A stretch of 64,000 nt of DNA from the human T2T-CHM13v2.0 reference genome, Homo sapiens. The stretch lies in the NCBI RefSeq assembly GCF_009914755.1, contig NC_060929.1. One strand, 5' to 3'. Every line of letters starts with the position of its first letter. The first letter of the stretch is position 1. A program made the translations under genes and the position numbers. Shown here in pieces: positions 42,037 through 59,550 of this stretch. The notes beneath the pieces are model-generated. The model made no database searches. It had not been told where the DNA came from and saw only the letters and a list, made by a program, of their open reading frames with translations.

Positions 42037-42320
42037 TATATATACACACAATTATTGCATCTGGCTTATACTTCTATTGCTTCAAAAATCAAAGAATTAA
42101 CAGTAATTAACATATGTAAATATGGAATCTAAGAGCTAATCTAGGTTGATAGTACTTTAAAAAAGCATATAGCAATATTGCATTACATGGAATTGAGTGA
42201 GTCTATTTGGCTGACAGATGTTGGTTAAGGGAAAAGGGAATTTTGATTATCATGTAGATTTTGCACTGTGGTAGCACAGAACTTGCTGCATCTCATTTCT
42301 GTTAAAAGAAAATATATATA

Positions 42321-42732
<412 letters not shown>

Positions 42733-43614
42733 TTAGTTGGTTCTTCTGCATTTAAAGAACATCTGAAATATAGCCACATTATGTTCTCTGCTGTTTAGAT
42801 GTGGGTAGAGGAAGAACCACAGGATGGTGTTAGAGACATAATTCTAAACCCAGAACATCTATTTCCTAAACCATCTCCCCTTTCCTTTCATGACCTTTTT
42901 AGGGCTCGGTTACTGCTTTGGAAATGTGTCATATATTGGGATAGAACAAAACTCAAGAAGCACTGAAAGAGAAAGAGAGAAGTTAGAGAACAAAGAATTA
43001 TGGAATCAGCTATGAAACCTAAAAACCTAAAAAGGAAACACTGGTTGTCAAATTCATTATGTCAACCAGTACATGTCTGAGTCTGAGAAAAACTACAAAG
43101 GAAAGCAATGAAAAGCACTGAGTCACTGCAGACAAGGAATGAGTAAAGAGAGGAGCTATGAAGGAATCTTGGGATCCATGGGATTCCTGCTGTCATGGAC
43201 TATAAAAAAAACATATTCGTTGGTGATGAAGAGGAGTTTTAAGTTGTTAATGTTGAAATTTCAGATGTAGGACTGGTGGCAACTAGGTGATGTAAATTTG
43301 TGGCTTGAGAGATGGGGTCTGAATTGATCGACTTAGCTACCCTGTAATTAGCAAACAGGAGTCATTGTTTCCTCCAGACACTACCAAAAGTGTAGCTAGA
43401 ATTTGGAATTATTAAAATGGATTTACTGTCATAGTGAGACTTAAATTTTAAGAAATTTCAGTAATTAAGGTTTTCTTCTAGTTTATTGTTTTGTCCTTTC
43501 CTGGGGTAAAATATTTGGAAACCCTTGATTCTTGGAAATCTGTACTATGCCCTCTTAAATATGGTTAGATGTATTTAGTTATGTTTGTTTTTATCAAGTG
43601 ATTTTAAATTTTAA

Positions 43615-43830
<216 letters not shown>

Positions 43831-45048
43831 TAACGTTCTCATCAGTTCTCAAGAGAACTCTTTTTTTCTCTATGTTAACTGTCTTATCTGAGTGCTGTGG
43901 AAAACCAAATTAATAGCTTGTACCTCCTTTGCTTTTGGATATTAACTTCAGCAAAGGAGATATGCCATTTATTTTGCCAAATTATTCTTGATTATATTCT
44001 ATGTAATGTGTTACTGATGGTATTAAATTATATTTCATTGCCTCTTGTGAATCTCATGCACTGTCACTTTTCAGAAATTAAATATGAAGACTATCAAATT
44101 GGGAGCATCAGAATCAAGAAGGCTGAGCAGGGAATAGAGCTGAAATATGCCTGCTTCCTTTCACATTCCCCCCATTATATTTCGAAGAGAAGCGTATGGA
44201 AGTTAACAAGCAAGGAATACAGGAGAAATACTTAAATGTTGAGTTCACTTTGTGCATAGATTTAGGTGGTTAAGGTTCAGATTTACTTCTGTTTTTCTGT
44301 GTTTGAATAAGCACTAAGGATCTGACTAAAATAGGCTACATTGCCTTCTCATTGGGACTTTGGAAGCACTTAATAGGGGTTGTATTGGAATTTCAGGGAG
44401 AAATAGAGGGAAAAAAATCACAGTTCTAGTATTAATTTTATTGCCTAATCCATAAGGTGAATGTGAAGCTTCAGGTAGTATTGTTTGCCTTAGATTTTAG
44501 TGTTTTAGAAGACTATGTTCTATGTATGAACATAGCAAATAAAACTGAAAATAAATAGGGGAAACTTTTACAACTAATTTGAATTTTTAAAAATGTGAAC
44601 AATTGGCATTTTGTATCGACAAATATTATGTAATACTTAAATCTGCTGAAGAAATCATGAAATGAGGATGTTATAAAAGAATAAGCAAAAGTTAAACTTT
44701 GACTGATAAAAGGGAATATGCACTACTTTTTTAAAGGGCTGAATTTTAAAAATATATCTTGTATCTTTCTTGTTCTGTTGCTTCTGCTGCTTCACACAAT
44801 TGTGATGAGTGCATTTATTTTCATACACACTTTTATATGTTACATTGTGTTTATATTAGCTCAAAAGTAAGCTCTTTTAAGCTCTTTATAAAAACTGTTA
44901 AAGAAAAGGGTGGGGTAGGAGTTAGATTTAAAACTACATATCTTCTGTAGTTTCAAATGCATGTTCTACTTTGACTGGTTTAATGCTTACTATATAATGT
45001 TTGATTATTCTTCTTCCTCTGTGTCTTGGCCTCTTTTTCCCTCTTTAG

Positions 45049-45124
45049 GTACGTTGTATGTTAAACATTTGGGGTGTGATGCTTTTCATTAGATTGTCAT
45101 GGATTGTGGGTCAAGCTGGAATAG
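45049..45124 (+). CDS. SLC12A2: SLC12A2 exon 3 (76 bp, TM1 region)
   Basis: Long pyrimidine tract then tag|GTA. Encodes VRCMLNIWGVMLFIRLSWIVGQAGI(G), the cation-chloride cotransporter TM1 signature. Donor TAG|gtaagt. Not in the ORF track. Confidence 0.98.
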
Positions 45125-45391
45125 GTAAGTGAAGTTATATCCTGCTTGATTTGAGAATAAGCAAAATAACTGTGTCTGAGCTCTTAACCTCATGAAACTC
45201 AAGAAATTAGAGTCATTTTTAACTACGTTTTCCTTTATATCAGATTGTTATCTTGATGTTCCTTTTTTCATAATTCTGATTTGGTTTTTATAAAATGAGA
45301 TCAAAATTGGGTAATTTATAACTTAAAATGTAGATTCAGTATTCTTAGACCAACCAGTTTTAGATACCGATGAGCTTAAACAAGAGTGTAA

Positions 45392-45523
<132 letters not shown>

Positions 45524-45965
45524 TAGAATCTTTTTGAATCATCATCATCAGATTACTCTTACTAAACAGAGGTCTAAATTGTATTTTTAATTATTTTTTA
45601 CTTTAACTGAAGCAACATATTAAGTCTATATAGACAAGAAAGTTGCTACCGAGCACTTCCAGACTAGTATATTTCAATGTAAAATTTTATGTCAACTCAT
45701 ACACATAAGCTTTTAAGTTATTCAGTGTGTCTCGTAGCAAGAATGGAGCATCTACTTTGGTCTCTTATCCACTGGGCTGCATCTTAATTGCCTCCTCCAA
45801 GGCTTGCCCTTGGATCAGTCAGCAACATGCTCCTGGCATTTGTTCAACATTGTATTGGGGTAACCTCATTCCCCACCTCCATCCCCTATTGAGGAAAACT
45901 GAGGCAGTATACCTTCCCCATGATCTAATAGCATTGCGTGAGCTATACCTGGGACTGTAAATTAA

Positions 45966-46262
<297 letters not shown>

Positions 46263-47222
46263 TGGGACTTTAAATTCATACTTTCAAGTCTAGCTTTCTG
46301 TGGGCACTATGAGGCCTCTCATTAGAGTCTATAAGATCTGCCTTGTGAGATTTTTACCCTCCCTAGGAAGAGGACCTAAGAGACTACGGGAGAATGGAAT
46401 CAGGATCCCTGAAAACAAGAAGAAAAGAATTCCATTTTCCAAATCAAAACTCTTCAGTCAGAGTGAGAAGATCCCTGGAGAAAGGAGACAAAATGTCTGC
46501 CAGCACCTGTAAAGTCATGGTAGCAAATCAACTGAGAAAAGATCTATTTCATCTGCCTCAACTGTTTTGAATATCCCTTTTTGACATTATATAACACAAT
46601 TTCCACTTTACCTGCATCAAGTATTTGGGTGTGGGAGGGATAGAGACAGAGAACCAGATTGAGCTTTTCATTTTTCACCATTGTCTTTATATGTTTTAGA
46701 CACCAGAGGATCCAAATCACTGTGACCCTTGGAGGCTGGTATCTTGTATCAATATGATTATGACTATGCTGAGCATTCATCACTGTTGACTGAAGTTTTA
46801 TGCTTCTGTTAGCCTGGATTGAGCTATATTGGGATATACAGTGTGGATATGTTCAGCAGAGTTAGTCAGATAATGTTGAGAGATTCTTTTTGGCTTCTCG
46901 TGAACTGGGTACTCCATGCTTCATTTCTCTCTGCCACAACTGGGGAATGAAAGTGGGAAGAGAAATGGGCTGGGATGCTGTGTATTTGTAGGGGATCAGC
47001 AAATCATCAAAGAATTTCTCCTTTTCCTCAGACCTTAGAATCTAGGCTGTGAGCCTCAAAAGGAATGGGGCATGAAGCCACTGGCAACATTAACTTCATG
47101 CTTTTCCCCCATTTGAATCAGATTTTTGGAAGGTAGAGATTTTGCAAGATTGTGACCAAAAAGCCATTTCATTTTTCAATAATACCATTTGTAGTTTACA
47201 TATATATACCATTGGTAGTGTG

Positions 47223-47255
<33 letters not shown>
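47223..47255. repeat. (TA)n microsatellite
   Basis: Read directly from the sequence. Confidence 0.9.
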
Positions 47256-47919
47256 CTCTTTAGAAATACATCTGCCTGATAGACTTTGTGTGCAGTCTTC
47301 TGTCCTGGACTGCCAGGGAAAGTACGAGAGTGTGGAACCCACACAGATCTGTCCCAAAAAATGACTATATATTATAATTTTGCATGAGTTTCCTGAAAAA
47401 TCTGTTCACAAAGGAAGAACCTAGAGGGTAAAAACCACTTGAAATTCTGTTATGAGGTGTTCATACGATCAAGAAGGTGATACATTTGGTGAAATAATGA
47501 AACCCATAGAAGATAAAAGAGAAAGTTATTAATTTAAAGAGTGACCAGATACTACGAAGCTTTCTTAGAAGGCATTCATTTTTCACTTAGTGACTTTGGA
47601 CAGCTGGATGGTCTTTATAGAATATGTATGAGCTGCATCATCTGCAATTAGTGTTTTCAAGAGATTCTTTTAGTGAATGTAAGCCCCTTCTGTCTCCTCT
47701 GTATCTGACTCAGATTTGGAAACCCCTAACATGGTTTATTTTGGTATCATGAAAAAAATATTTTCCACGTGGGAGAAACTAGATACAGGCATAAAACTGA
47801 GATCACATTACACCTGTATTCAGGATTCTAAATTGAAAGTATTAGTCTTAAAATTTATCCTGAAAGTACATATTTTTTAGTTTTTTCCATTAAAGTGACC
47901 TATAATAAATGACCAGCTC

Positions 47920-48290
47920 AGTGGCAATAAGCAATTCTTGTGCCCATGTTGTGTATTTCCACTCAAAAGAACCAACGGACTTTAGAGAAAAAATTGATTC
48001 CTTATCTGGGCAGGAAATGAGCTTAGACACCTTTTCAGATCCAAAGTATTGAGCACTACTAGTTTCATATCAAAAGGACCTAAGAGTCAACCTAAAGGAG
48101 CTAACACTGGCTAAAGTTTGGATAATTTGAACAGCAGTAATGATGATAACTGATTTGGATGAAAATATATGAAAATATGGATGTAAATCCATAAGTTAAC
48201 AATGAAACAAACCAAAAAATCTCACTTTTCACCTTTGAAACATACTCGGGAACCATCTTATGAAAATTGATAAATAAATAGTGTTGAATC
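47920..48290 (+). mobile_element. Old L1MC/MD-type 3' UTR fragment
   Basis: aaaagaaccaacggactttagagaaa, tcatatcaaaaggac, cactggctaaagtttggataatttgaac. Confidence 0.55.
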
Positions 48291-48412
48291 AAACTCCTGA
48301 AAGGTTTCTTTCCTCAACTCAAGGTAACCAAGAAGTCGATGAGATTTGTTCTTCAGATAATTGCTCTACATAATGAGTAAAGGAGGAAAGAGACTTAGAA
48401 TATTCCAACTTT

Positions 48413-49577
48413 GTATGGTTCAAAGACTTAAATCTAAGACCTGAAACCATAGAAATTCTAGGAGATAACATTGGAAAAACTCTTCTAGGCATTGGCTTAG
48501 GCAAAGAATTCATGACCAAAAACCCAAAAGCAAATTTAACAAAAACAAAACTAAATGGGACCTAATTAAACTAAAAAGCTTCTGCACAGCAAAAGAAATA
48601 ATCAGCCAGAGTAAACAGACAACCCACAGAGTAGGAGAAAATATTTGCCAACTCTACATCTGACAAAGGACTAATAATGCAAAATCTGCAAGGAACTCAA
48701 ATCAGCAAGAAAATATCAATCCCATCAAAAAATGGGCAAAGGACATGAATAGACAATTCTCAAAACAAGATGTACATATGGCCAAGAAACATACGAAAAA
48801 ATGCTCAGCATCACTAATTATCAGAGAAATGCAAATTAAAACCTCGATGAGATACCATCTTACTCCTGCAGGAATGGCCTTAATTAAAAAAAATAATAAA
48901 AATAACAGATGTTGGTGTGGATGTTATGAAAAGGGAACACTTTTACACTGTTGGTGGAAATGTAAACTAATATAACCACTATGTAAAATAGTATGGAGAT
49001 TCCTTAACTAAAAGTAGAACTACCATTTGATACAGCAGTCTTCCTGCTGGGTAATCTACCCAAACAAAGGAAAATAAGTCATTATATGAAAAAGACACTT
49101 GTGCACACATGTTTATAGCAGTAGAATTCACAATTATAAAAATGTGGAACCAAACTTAAATGCCTATCAACCAGTGAGTGGATAAAGAAAATGTGGTATA
49201 TATACACCATGGAATACTATTCAGCCATCAAAAGGAATGAAATAATGGCATTTGCGGCAACCTGCATGGAGTTGGAGACCATCATTCTAAGTGAAGTAAC
49301 TCAGGAATGGAAAACAAATCTCATGTATTCTTTCTTATAAGTGGGAGGTAAGCTATCAGGATGCAAAGGCATAAGAATGATATAATAGACTTTGGGGATG
49401 CGGGTGGAAGGGTGGGAGGTGGGTGAGGGATAAAAGGCCACACAACCACACATTGGGTATAGTGTATGCTGCTTGGGTGATGAATGCACCAAAATCTCAG
49501 AAATCACCATTAAAGAACTTACCCATGTAACCAAAAACCACCTGTTCCCCAAAAACTATTGAAATAATTTTTTTTTA
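48413..49577 (+). mobile_element. 5'-truncated L1PB (L1PB1-like)
   Basis: Degenerate ORF2 C-terminus, 3' UTR gcaaaggcataagaatgata...caccaaaatctcagaaatcacc...ccccaaaaactattgaaataa, TSD ATTCCAACTT. Confidence 0.9.
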
Positions 49578-50240
49578 ATTCCAACTTCTGTAAAGCTTTT
49601 ACTTGATAAGAATACCTGTGAAGTATTGTTTCCCAACAAATTAAATCTGAATCACATTATGCCAATATCTCCAGGAAACATTTTATAGAATATCCAGAGG
49701 AGAGAGGAACTTTTTAAATGACAGCATAGGGTGATGACAGAAAATTCCAGACTGGGAATCTCTATGGAGCAAGGAACCCTTCTTATTCAAGGCTCGAAAA
49801 AAGATGGAGAGGAGAGTTAATGGTTTAAAACAAACTTGGGATTCAATGTGTAGGTATGAGTTTTGTTTGCCATTTTAGCTATAAACTATAAACTATACTT
49901 CTTGGTGGTACCAAGAATCCCTGAGTTGGATTTCCTACAGCTCAACTGCTAAGATTTGATTTTGACTGCCTACCTTGTAAGGGCTACTTAGAGAGGACGG
50001 TAATAGAGCTAGAATTATCCAGAGGACTGGTGTCTTAAAAGGAAATGGAAAAATGCTGTGGGAAGAGTGATGTCTGGTGAACCCATCTGAACTTTTTGTA
50101 GACTGAAAGTTGACTATTAAGGGAATTAATGAGGAAATAAATTTTCTTAAAACACTATTCAAAGGTTGGGGAACATTATGTTTATTGTTTAGTAATTTTA
50201 ATTCAAAGAGCCCCATTTTAAACTTGATGCATAGTTTTTA

Positions 50241-51718
<1,478 letters not shown>

Positions 51719-52096
51719 AAAAATTAATGTTAACTAATTTGAGATAATGCCTGTTTATTTATCTTGATTCTTAACTGAATTATAACGTGTTTATATTTTA
51801 TTAATTGAATAATGTTTTATTCTTATCTTGAAAATTATGTGTTTGCAGCTTTGCGGAAGTGTGAATTCAGTGAATTTTCCCTAGTGTTATGTACATTTTG
51901 CCATAGGAGAGATTTAATATTACTAATTAATTTTAACTTTGGCTTTAACAGTACATTTTAGAGATTAAACAGATATCAATCTAGAAAAGTTGTACTTTGT
52001 TATTAACTTGTAAACAAATGTAATAATGTCCAACTTTAAAGTCTCATGTAATGGAAACATGCAAGGTTTCTGAAAAAGTCAAAATGTAGAAAATAA

Positions 52097-52457
<361 letters not shown>

Positions 52458-54259
52458 TGATTTGGGGTACTATTTAAAGTTACTGGAAGCAGATTAGAGA
52501 ATCATCACTTAAGTTCTCTGCCTTCCACATAAGAATAGCAGTGCCAAGGAACTGATAACGTTTACTTTATTTCTGTCATAATCCCTGCCTGCAAGACACA
52601 TTAATGCTTTTCAGATTATTGCAGGCTACAGGGATTTTAGAGCCCTTTCCTGTTCTACGAATCATAGCAGTGTTCTTGAGAGCTTGGATTTTATAGAGTT
52701 TCCACGGATCTGTACAACAGGTTTTGCAACTTGGATGGTGCTGGCCAGCAGCCACCTTCACTCAGATCTGCATTTCCTAGATTACACAGACCAGAGTTGT
52801 CCCATCTTTAATTAATCCATGAATTTAGACTCATTCATAGAATAGAGGACAACTGCAGGCAGCCGTTCATAAGATGAAGACTGTAAATTCTTGGTTTTAA
52901 TTAATACTGTATTATATGAACTGAGCAATACAAAGGAAAGTTTCCTCAACCACTTTTTGCTTGGGGGCATTTAGTTGACTAAGTTAAAAGCAGAGGTCAG
53001 TATCTTTTCAGATAAAAGCCTTGGTTACATAAAACTTCAGATAGGTAGTTCTGAAGTTTCCAAAATCTAAAATCAACATAAACTTGCCTATTCCATGATG
53101 AAGTTTTATGTTACTTGTACTTTAGTCAATCAGCTGACAATTGTTGAGCATTTTGTGACAGACACTGGGTTTTTAACAGTGAAAGACAAAATGCTATGTT
53201 ATTGGAGTTTACATTGAGGTAATAATAGTAGCTATTATTTTTTGAGAACTAACTGCTAGGCATGATGCCATGGTGTTGACATACATTATCTTATGTAATG
53301 CAACATTGTGGTTAGTCACATTTAACATTTACATGGATAGTGAGAACAAAAAATCAATTATACCCATTTTTTAACAAAATTAATTTTTATGCAGATTCTG
53401 CTTGTGAATTTTTAGAATGTCTACATAAGTCACAATTTTATGTACTCATATCTTTTACTTTTCTCTGAAATAATTGAGTACCTCCTCATTTTTGTAAATA
53501 GATAAAGCCAAAAACATTGGAAATAAGGAAAAACTTTTTCCACGTACTGTGACAGAAAAGTGCTTTCTGCATTTGAAAAATCAGATTATCATTGATTGTC
53601 AAATTTTTTTGTTTTATCCATTGTGTAACTATTAGTTCCTACCATTATCAAGCAAGGAGTTCTAAGTTAGAATTCAGCTCCATAGTTCCTTTTTTTAATA
53701 GCTAGTTTCTTTGAAATTATAACTTTTCAGATCAATGAAATGTTTGAAGCAGCTGTAAAACACAGTTGTATTATGAGGTTTATTAAATTTAACATAACTT
53801 TATGTTTTCAGTTCAGTAAAACACTATTTGTATTCTACAAATAGCTCAGATACGAATCTGGCAAGTAATAGAATTTTCAGCATGGGTTTTTTCTTTACTC
53901 ATTGGTGACCTTTCAGTTTTGCCAGTTTATGCAGTTTATTATTAATACTTCAGCTTGGTTCCAAAATTGTTTGCTGCAGAATTAGGGTTATATGTCTTTG
54001 CCTCTTGTATCTTAAAATTTAATTGAATTATTCTGGTGATCATTCACAATAAGATAACACCTAATCCTGGTTGGAAGATTCCATGTTTGTCACCTCACCT
54101 TTCCCTATTTGATAAAATAATGGCAATAAAATAGAGAAAATTTGCCAAACATTAAGAGGCAAACTCCTTATTTTTATTTGTAAACCAGGATACTGGAATG
54201 TATTTCATTATTGTCACCCTTTGATTCTTTCCTCAATACACCAAGAAAACTTTATTTTT

Positions 54260-54960
54260 ACAAAATTTTCACTTTCTATTCCAACCAACAGTGAGTTTCA
54301 CTTGTTCCGTATCTGTATCCTCACCAACAGTTGGTATGGTCCTTTTTATTTTTCATTCTAGTATGTGCGTAGTGGTATCTTAGGATAGTTTTCATTTGTG
54401 CTTCCATAATGGCTAAAGATGTTGGGTATCTTCTCATGTACTATAAGTGTCTACTCATATTTTGAAGGGTTATTTATTGTATTGAGAGTTCTTACTATTG
54501 AGTTTTGAGAGGTTCTAGATACAACTACTTTATCAAATAAATGATTTATAGTTTTTTTGTCTTGAGTATATGGCTTGTCATTTCATTCCTTCAATGGCAT
54601 CATTAGAAAAGTAGCTTATAGTTTTAGCTATGTCCAGTTCATCACTTTTTCCTTTTTGGATTGTGCTTTTGGAATGGTATCTAAGAAACCTTTCCCTAGC
54701 CTGGGGTCTCAAAGATTTTCTTCTGTGTTTTCTTCTAGAGGTTTTACAGCTTTAGGTTTTCAGCTAGATATATTACCATTTGTAGCTAGCTTTTGTATAT
54801 ATTGTGAAATGTGAATCAGTATTCATATGGATATCCAGTTATTCCAGCACCGTCTGTTAAGGTGATCTCTTTTCTGTTTACTTACCTTTGTGCTTTTCTC
54901 AGAAATTAATTGACCCTACAGTGTGAGTCTATTTCTAGACTCTGTGCCATTCCATTCATC
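54260..54960 (-). mobile_element. L1M ORF2 fragment
   Basis: tcctcaccaaca, tagtggtatct, aagattttcttctgtgttttcttctag, ggatatccagttattccagcacc. Confidence 0.8.
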
Positions 54961-55034
54961 TTGGCAAAAGCCCTTGTGACTCTTAACACCATTCATGAAG
55001 TTCTGCACATTAGGTAATAGCAATACTACTAGGA

Positions 55035-55897
55035 TCTGTTTCTTGTTTTACACACTTCTGACTCCAAATGTGTGGGTTTTCCCCACACAAACCAATTCCC
55101 CAACTTTCTGGACACTAATTGGGTATCCAACAATTTGATTAAAATTTGACACTAATTTCCCAGAGTTGTTGCAGACCCTATAGGTTAAGAGCTGCATCTC
55201 ACAAGACTACTCCCACTTCAAATGCCAGTTGCAATTCCAGGCCTCCTGTACCTCTGACCAACTGGCTATATATTGGGGGTTTCCACAGCCCCTTCCTCAG
55301 GTTTGATAATTTGCTAAAATGGCTCCTAGAACTTAAGAAAACAGCTTACTATCATCAGTTTATAATAAAGGCTACAACACAGAAAGAGCCAAATAAAAGA
55401 GTTGAGTAAAGGATGGTATGGGAGAAGGGATGCAGAGCTTCCATGACCTCTCCAAGTGCCATCCTCCTGGCACCTCTGTGTTCACCAGCCTGAGTTCTCT
55501 AAACCCCTTTGTTTATAGTTTTCCATTATATAGCCACGATTGATTAAATCATTGGCCATTAATGATTAGCTCAATTTCTAGTGCCTCTCCCTTCTCTTCT
55601 CCCCTAAGGTGTGAGGGGTGGGAGCTGGGGTGGGTAATGGGGGTATTGAAAGTGCTAACCCTCTAATCACATAGTTGTTCCTCTAGCAACTAGCACTGTC
55701 CAATCCGGAAGCTATGTAAGGGCCCACCAAGTCACCTTATTACCGTAAACTGAGGTAGATTTGAAGGGGCTTATTTTAAATAACAAAAGATGCTTTTCTC
55801 ACCTGATCAGTAAATTCCAAGGGTTTTATAAGCTCTGTTGCAGTAACCTTGGATGAAGACCAAATATATATTTCTTCTTACATCACAACATCACAGC
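55035..55897. mobile_element. MER21-like LTR
   Basis: cacttctgactccaaatgtgtgggttttccccacac, acaagactactcccacttcaaatgcc, gataatttgctaaaatggctc, aattccaagggtttta...agctctgt, atcacaacatcaca. Confidence 0.75.
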
Positions 55898-57021
55898 AAG
55901 GAAAATAATTTCAGTATTTTGCCTGAGTTTAAGATGGAATTGTGATCGGGCTTTATTTTTTCCAAAGGATTTTAACTCTTAAAACAATAATAAGAGATAG
56001 GTCAGGCAGTCATTTTAGTTTTGATTTTAGTTATGGGACTAAATAACAGATTGCTCGAGTCTTCTCACAGCTTTACTGTTCACCTATGGCTTAAAGTCAC
56101 AGATTCTGAATCTCAGCCTTACTGCGTGTGAAATGAGAAGTTTAGTACCAGGATTCTATGAGGCCACACCTACAGACCACAGTGGAAGTGTATGGAGAGA
56201 GTGGTAGGTGGCAAGGAGGAGTTTGGGCTATTTGCTTGATGTTCAATGATGAGGAGCATCTTTTTATGTGTTTACTGGCCACTTGTACAATCTTCTTTTG
56301 GGATGTAGTCACATCTTTAGCCAATTTAAAAATTGGATTGTCTTTTTGTTACTGATTTGTAGATTTTTCTATATATCTAGTTATGTTATTCGGTTTGACA
56401 TATATATTGTGTGTATTTGTTCTCAGTCTGTGGCTTGTCTTACCATTTTTATCATTTTCTTAATCATGTCTTTCAGTGAAGAGACGTTTACCATTTTGAT
56501 GAAGTCCGGTTTCTCTTTTTTTTTATGCTAGTGCTTTGTTCATGGTAGAAATATTTGCCTATCCCAAGGCCATGAAGATATTCTCCTATATTTTCTTCTA
56601 GAAGCTTTATAGTTTCAGTTTTTAGATTTTTATCTGTGGACAATCTCAAATTAATTTTGGAGTATAATGTGAGATGGAGAGTGTAGTTGTTTTTCTCCCT
56701 ACCCTTCTTGCCCCCATCCTTGTACACATATCCACTTGTTTTGGCACCATTTTTTGAAACAGCTATCTGTTTCTTATTGAGTTGTTTTTGATACCATTGT
56801 TGAAAAATCAGTTGTCTATCATCTGGACTGAATTCTGTTGCATTGATTTGTTTGTGTATCCTATGCTGGTACTATCTTGTATTGATTGCTTAGCTTCACA
56901 GTAAGTCCTAAGTCTTCTAACTTTGTTCTTCTTTTTCATAATTGTTTTGGCTTTTCTAGATCTTTAGCATTTTCATATAAATTTTTGACTTAGATATGCC
57001 AATTTCTGCCCAAAAAATTGG

Positions 57022-57447
57022 ATTAACAACCTAAATATATAAGGAGCTCAAACAACTCTCGGAACAAAATCTAATAATCCAGTTTAAAAATGGGTAAAAG
57101 ATTTGAATAGACGTTTCTCAAAAGAAGATATACAAATGGCAAGCAGGCATATGAAAAGGCACTCAACATCACTGGTCATCAGAGAAATGCAAATCATATA
57201 AAGAAATCAGGCAGTAACAGATGCTGGAGAGGATGTGGAGAAAATAGAACTCTTGTACACTGTTGGTGGGAATGTAAATTAGTATAACCGCTATGGAGGA
57301 CAGTTTGGAAGTTCCTCAGAAAACTAAAAATAGAGCTACCATATGATCCAATGCTGTGTATATACCCAAAAGAAAGGAAATCAGTATATTGGAGAGATAG
57401 CTGCACTCCCATGTTTGTTGCAGCACTGTTCACAATAGCCAAGATTT
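57022..57447 (+). mobile_element. Internal L1MA-type ORF2 fragment
   Basis: tatataaggagctcaaacaact, gatttgaatagacgtttctcaaaagaagatatacaaatggc, aaactaaaaatagagctaccatatgatcca, aaagaaaggaaatcagtatat. No 3' UTR or tail. Confidence 0.88.
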
Positions 57448-57774
57448 GTCATCTGAATAGAGATGGTTTTTACTTTTTCTTTCAAATCTCTAGGACTTTT
57501 CCTCTTTTTCTTGCCTTTTGAACTACCTAAGACCTATGGAACAATGGTGACTAGAAGTGTTGAGAATAAACATCCTTTCCTTGTTCCTAGTCTTAGAGGG
57601 AATGAGTTCAATATCACTGTTAACTATAAGGTTTTAAAATGTCATTTGTCAGATTTAGTTCTATTTCTGAGTTGCTGAGCATATTTATCCTAAATGGATG
57701 GTGAATTTTGTCATGATTCTCCTGCATCTGTTGAACTGTATGTTTTTTTTCTTCCCTTATTCTATTATCACAAC

Positions 57775-57821
<47 letters not shown>

Positions 57822-57856
57822 TTTGCATCTAAAACAACCTAGCATTTGTAGGATAA

Positions 57857-58258
<402 letters not shown>

Positions 58259-59419
58259 GGAATTTTCTTTTTTTATAATAACCTTACTAGGTTTTTATGT
58301 CAGTATTATGCTCATCTTATGTGTTTCCTTTTCCTCTATTTTCTGAAAGAGTTTGTGTAAAATTGATCTTATTTCTTCCTCACCAGTGAAGCCATCTCTG
58401 CCTATAGTTTTTTTTTTGGCAGGAGTGCTTATCACAAATTTAATTTCTGTCATACTATAGGGTTACTTCAGTTTCCTGTTGCAGTCACACTTCTGCCACA
58501 TTTTGTTTTTCAAGGAATTTGTGTATTTCATCTAGTTGCAAAATCATTGTAATCAAGTCATTTAATATATTACCTTCTTAACTTTTTGATGCAATAGGAT
58601 TTGTAATGACATGTCCCTGCTTTCATTCCTAATTTACTTTTTTCTTCTTTGTTCTTGATTAGCTATTGTTTATCAGTTTTTTTTAATATTTAAGAATAAC
58701 TTTTGGCTTTCTTCTTACTGTTTTTTCCATTTTAGATTTTATTTACTCTTTTTCCAGTTTCTGAAGTTAGAAGCTTAGATTATTGATATATCCTCATTTT
58801 TTAGTATAATCATTTAAAACAAATTTTACTGTAATTTCTGTTAGGTATATCTCACTAATTTTATGCTTCACTTTTCGTTATCAAATCAGTTCAAAATACT
58901 TTCTAATTTCGCTTGTGATTTATTTAAAAGTGTGTTATGTAATTTAAATATTTAGGGATCTTTCATGCATCTAATATAGTTCTGTTGTGGTCAGTAATAT
59001 ACAGTGTGTTATTTCAGGTTTTTGAAATTGAGACACACTTTATGACTGAAACCAGTTTTTAATGTTAGGCTTTTGATTAGCCTAGTTAGGGTTTTGATTA
59101 CTGATTGGACATTTAATAAGAATTACCAGGGCATATATCCCCAAATCAAGATGTAATAAAGATGGAACTCAGTATTGTCACTACTTAGTATCTCTGGCAT
59201 CTGACTAATTATGTTCTTTACAGTCAGAGTTTAGGGTAGTTTATGACCAATTATGAGACCCCATCAGGACTTTTTTTCCATATTGATGTCTGTGTTTGCT
59301 TGATCAACAGATTTTTTTAATAAAATTATTTTCTATGTCTTCAGCATTTTTAGCGATAACAGAAAGGCTGATTTACAAGAGTTTATCATACATACTGTAT
59401 TGGTAAGCAATTAAGTCAA

Positions 59420-59550
59420 GGAGACCTGAGTTTAAATACAGTTCTTTACTTAGCTGCTTACATGACCTTAGCCAAATTACTTAACCTCCCTGAGCTGTAA
59501 TTTTCTCATTTGTAAAATGAGGATGACAACAGTACTTTAGTAGAATTAAG
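59420..59550. mobile_element. MIR fragment
   Basis: acttagctg...tgaccttagccaaattacttaacctccctgagc...tctcatttgtaaaatgagga. Confidence 0.8.
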
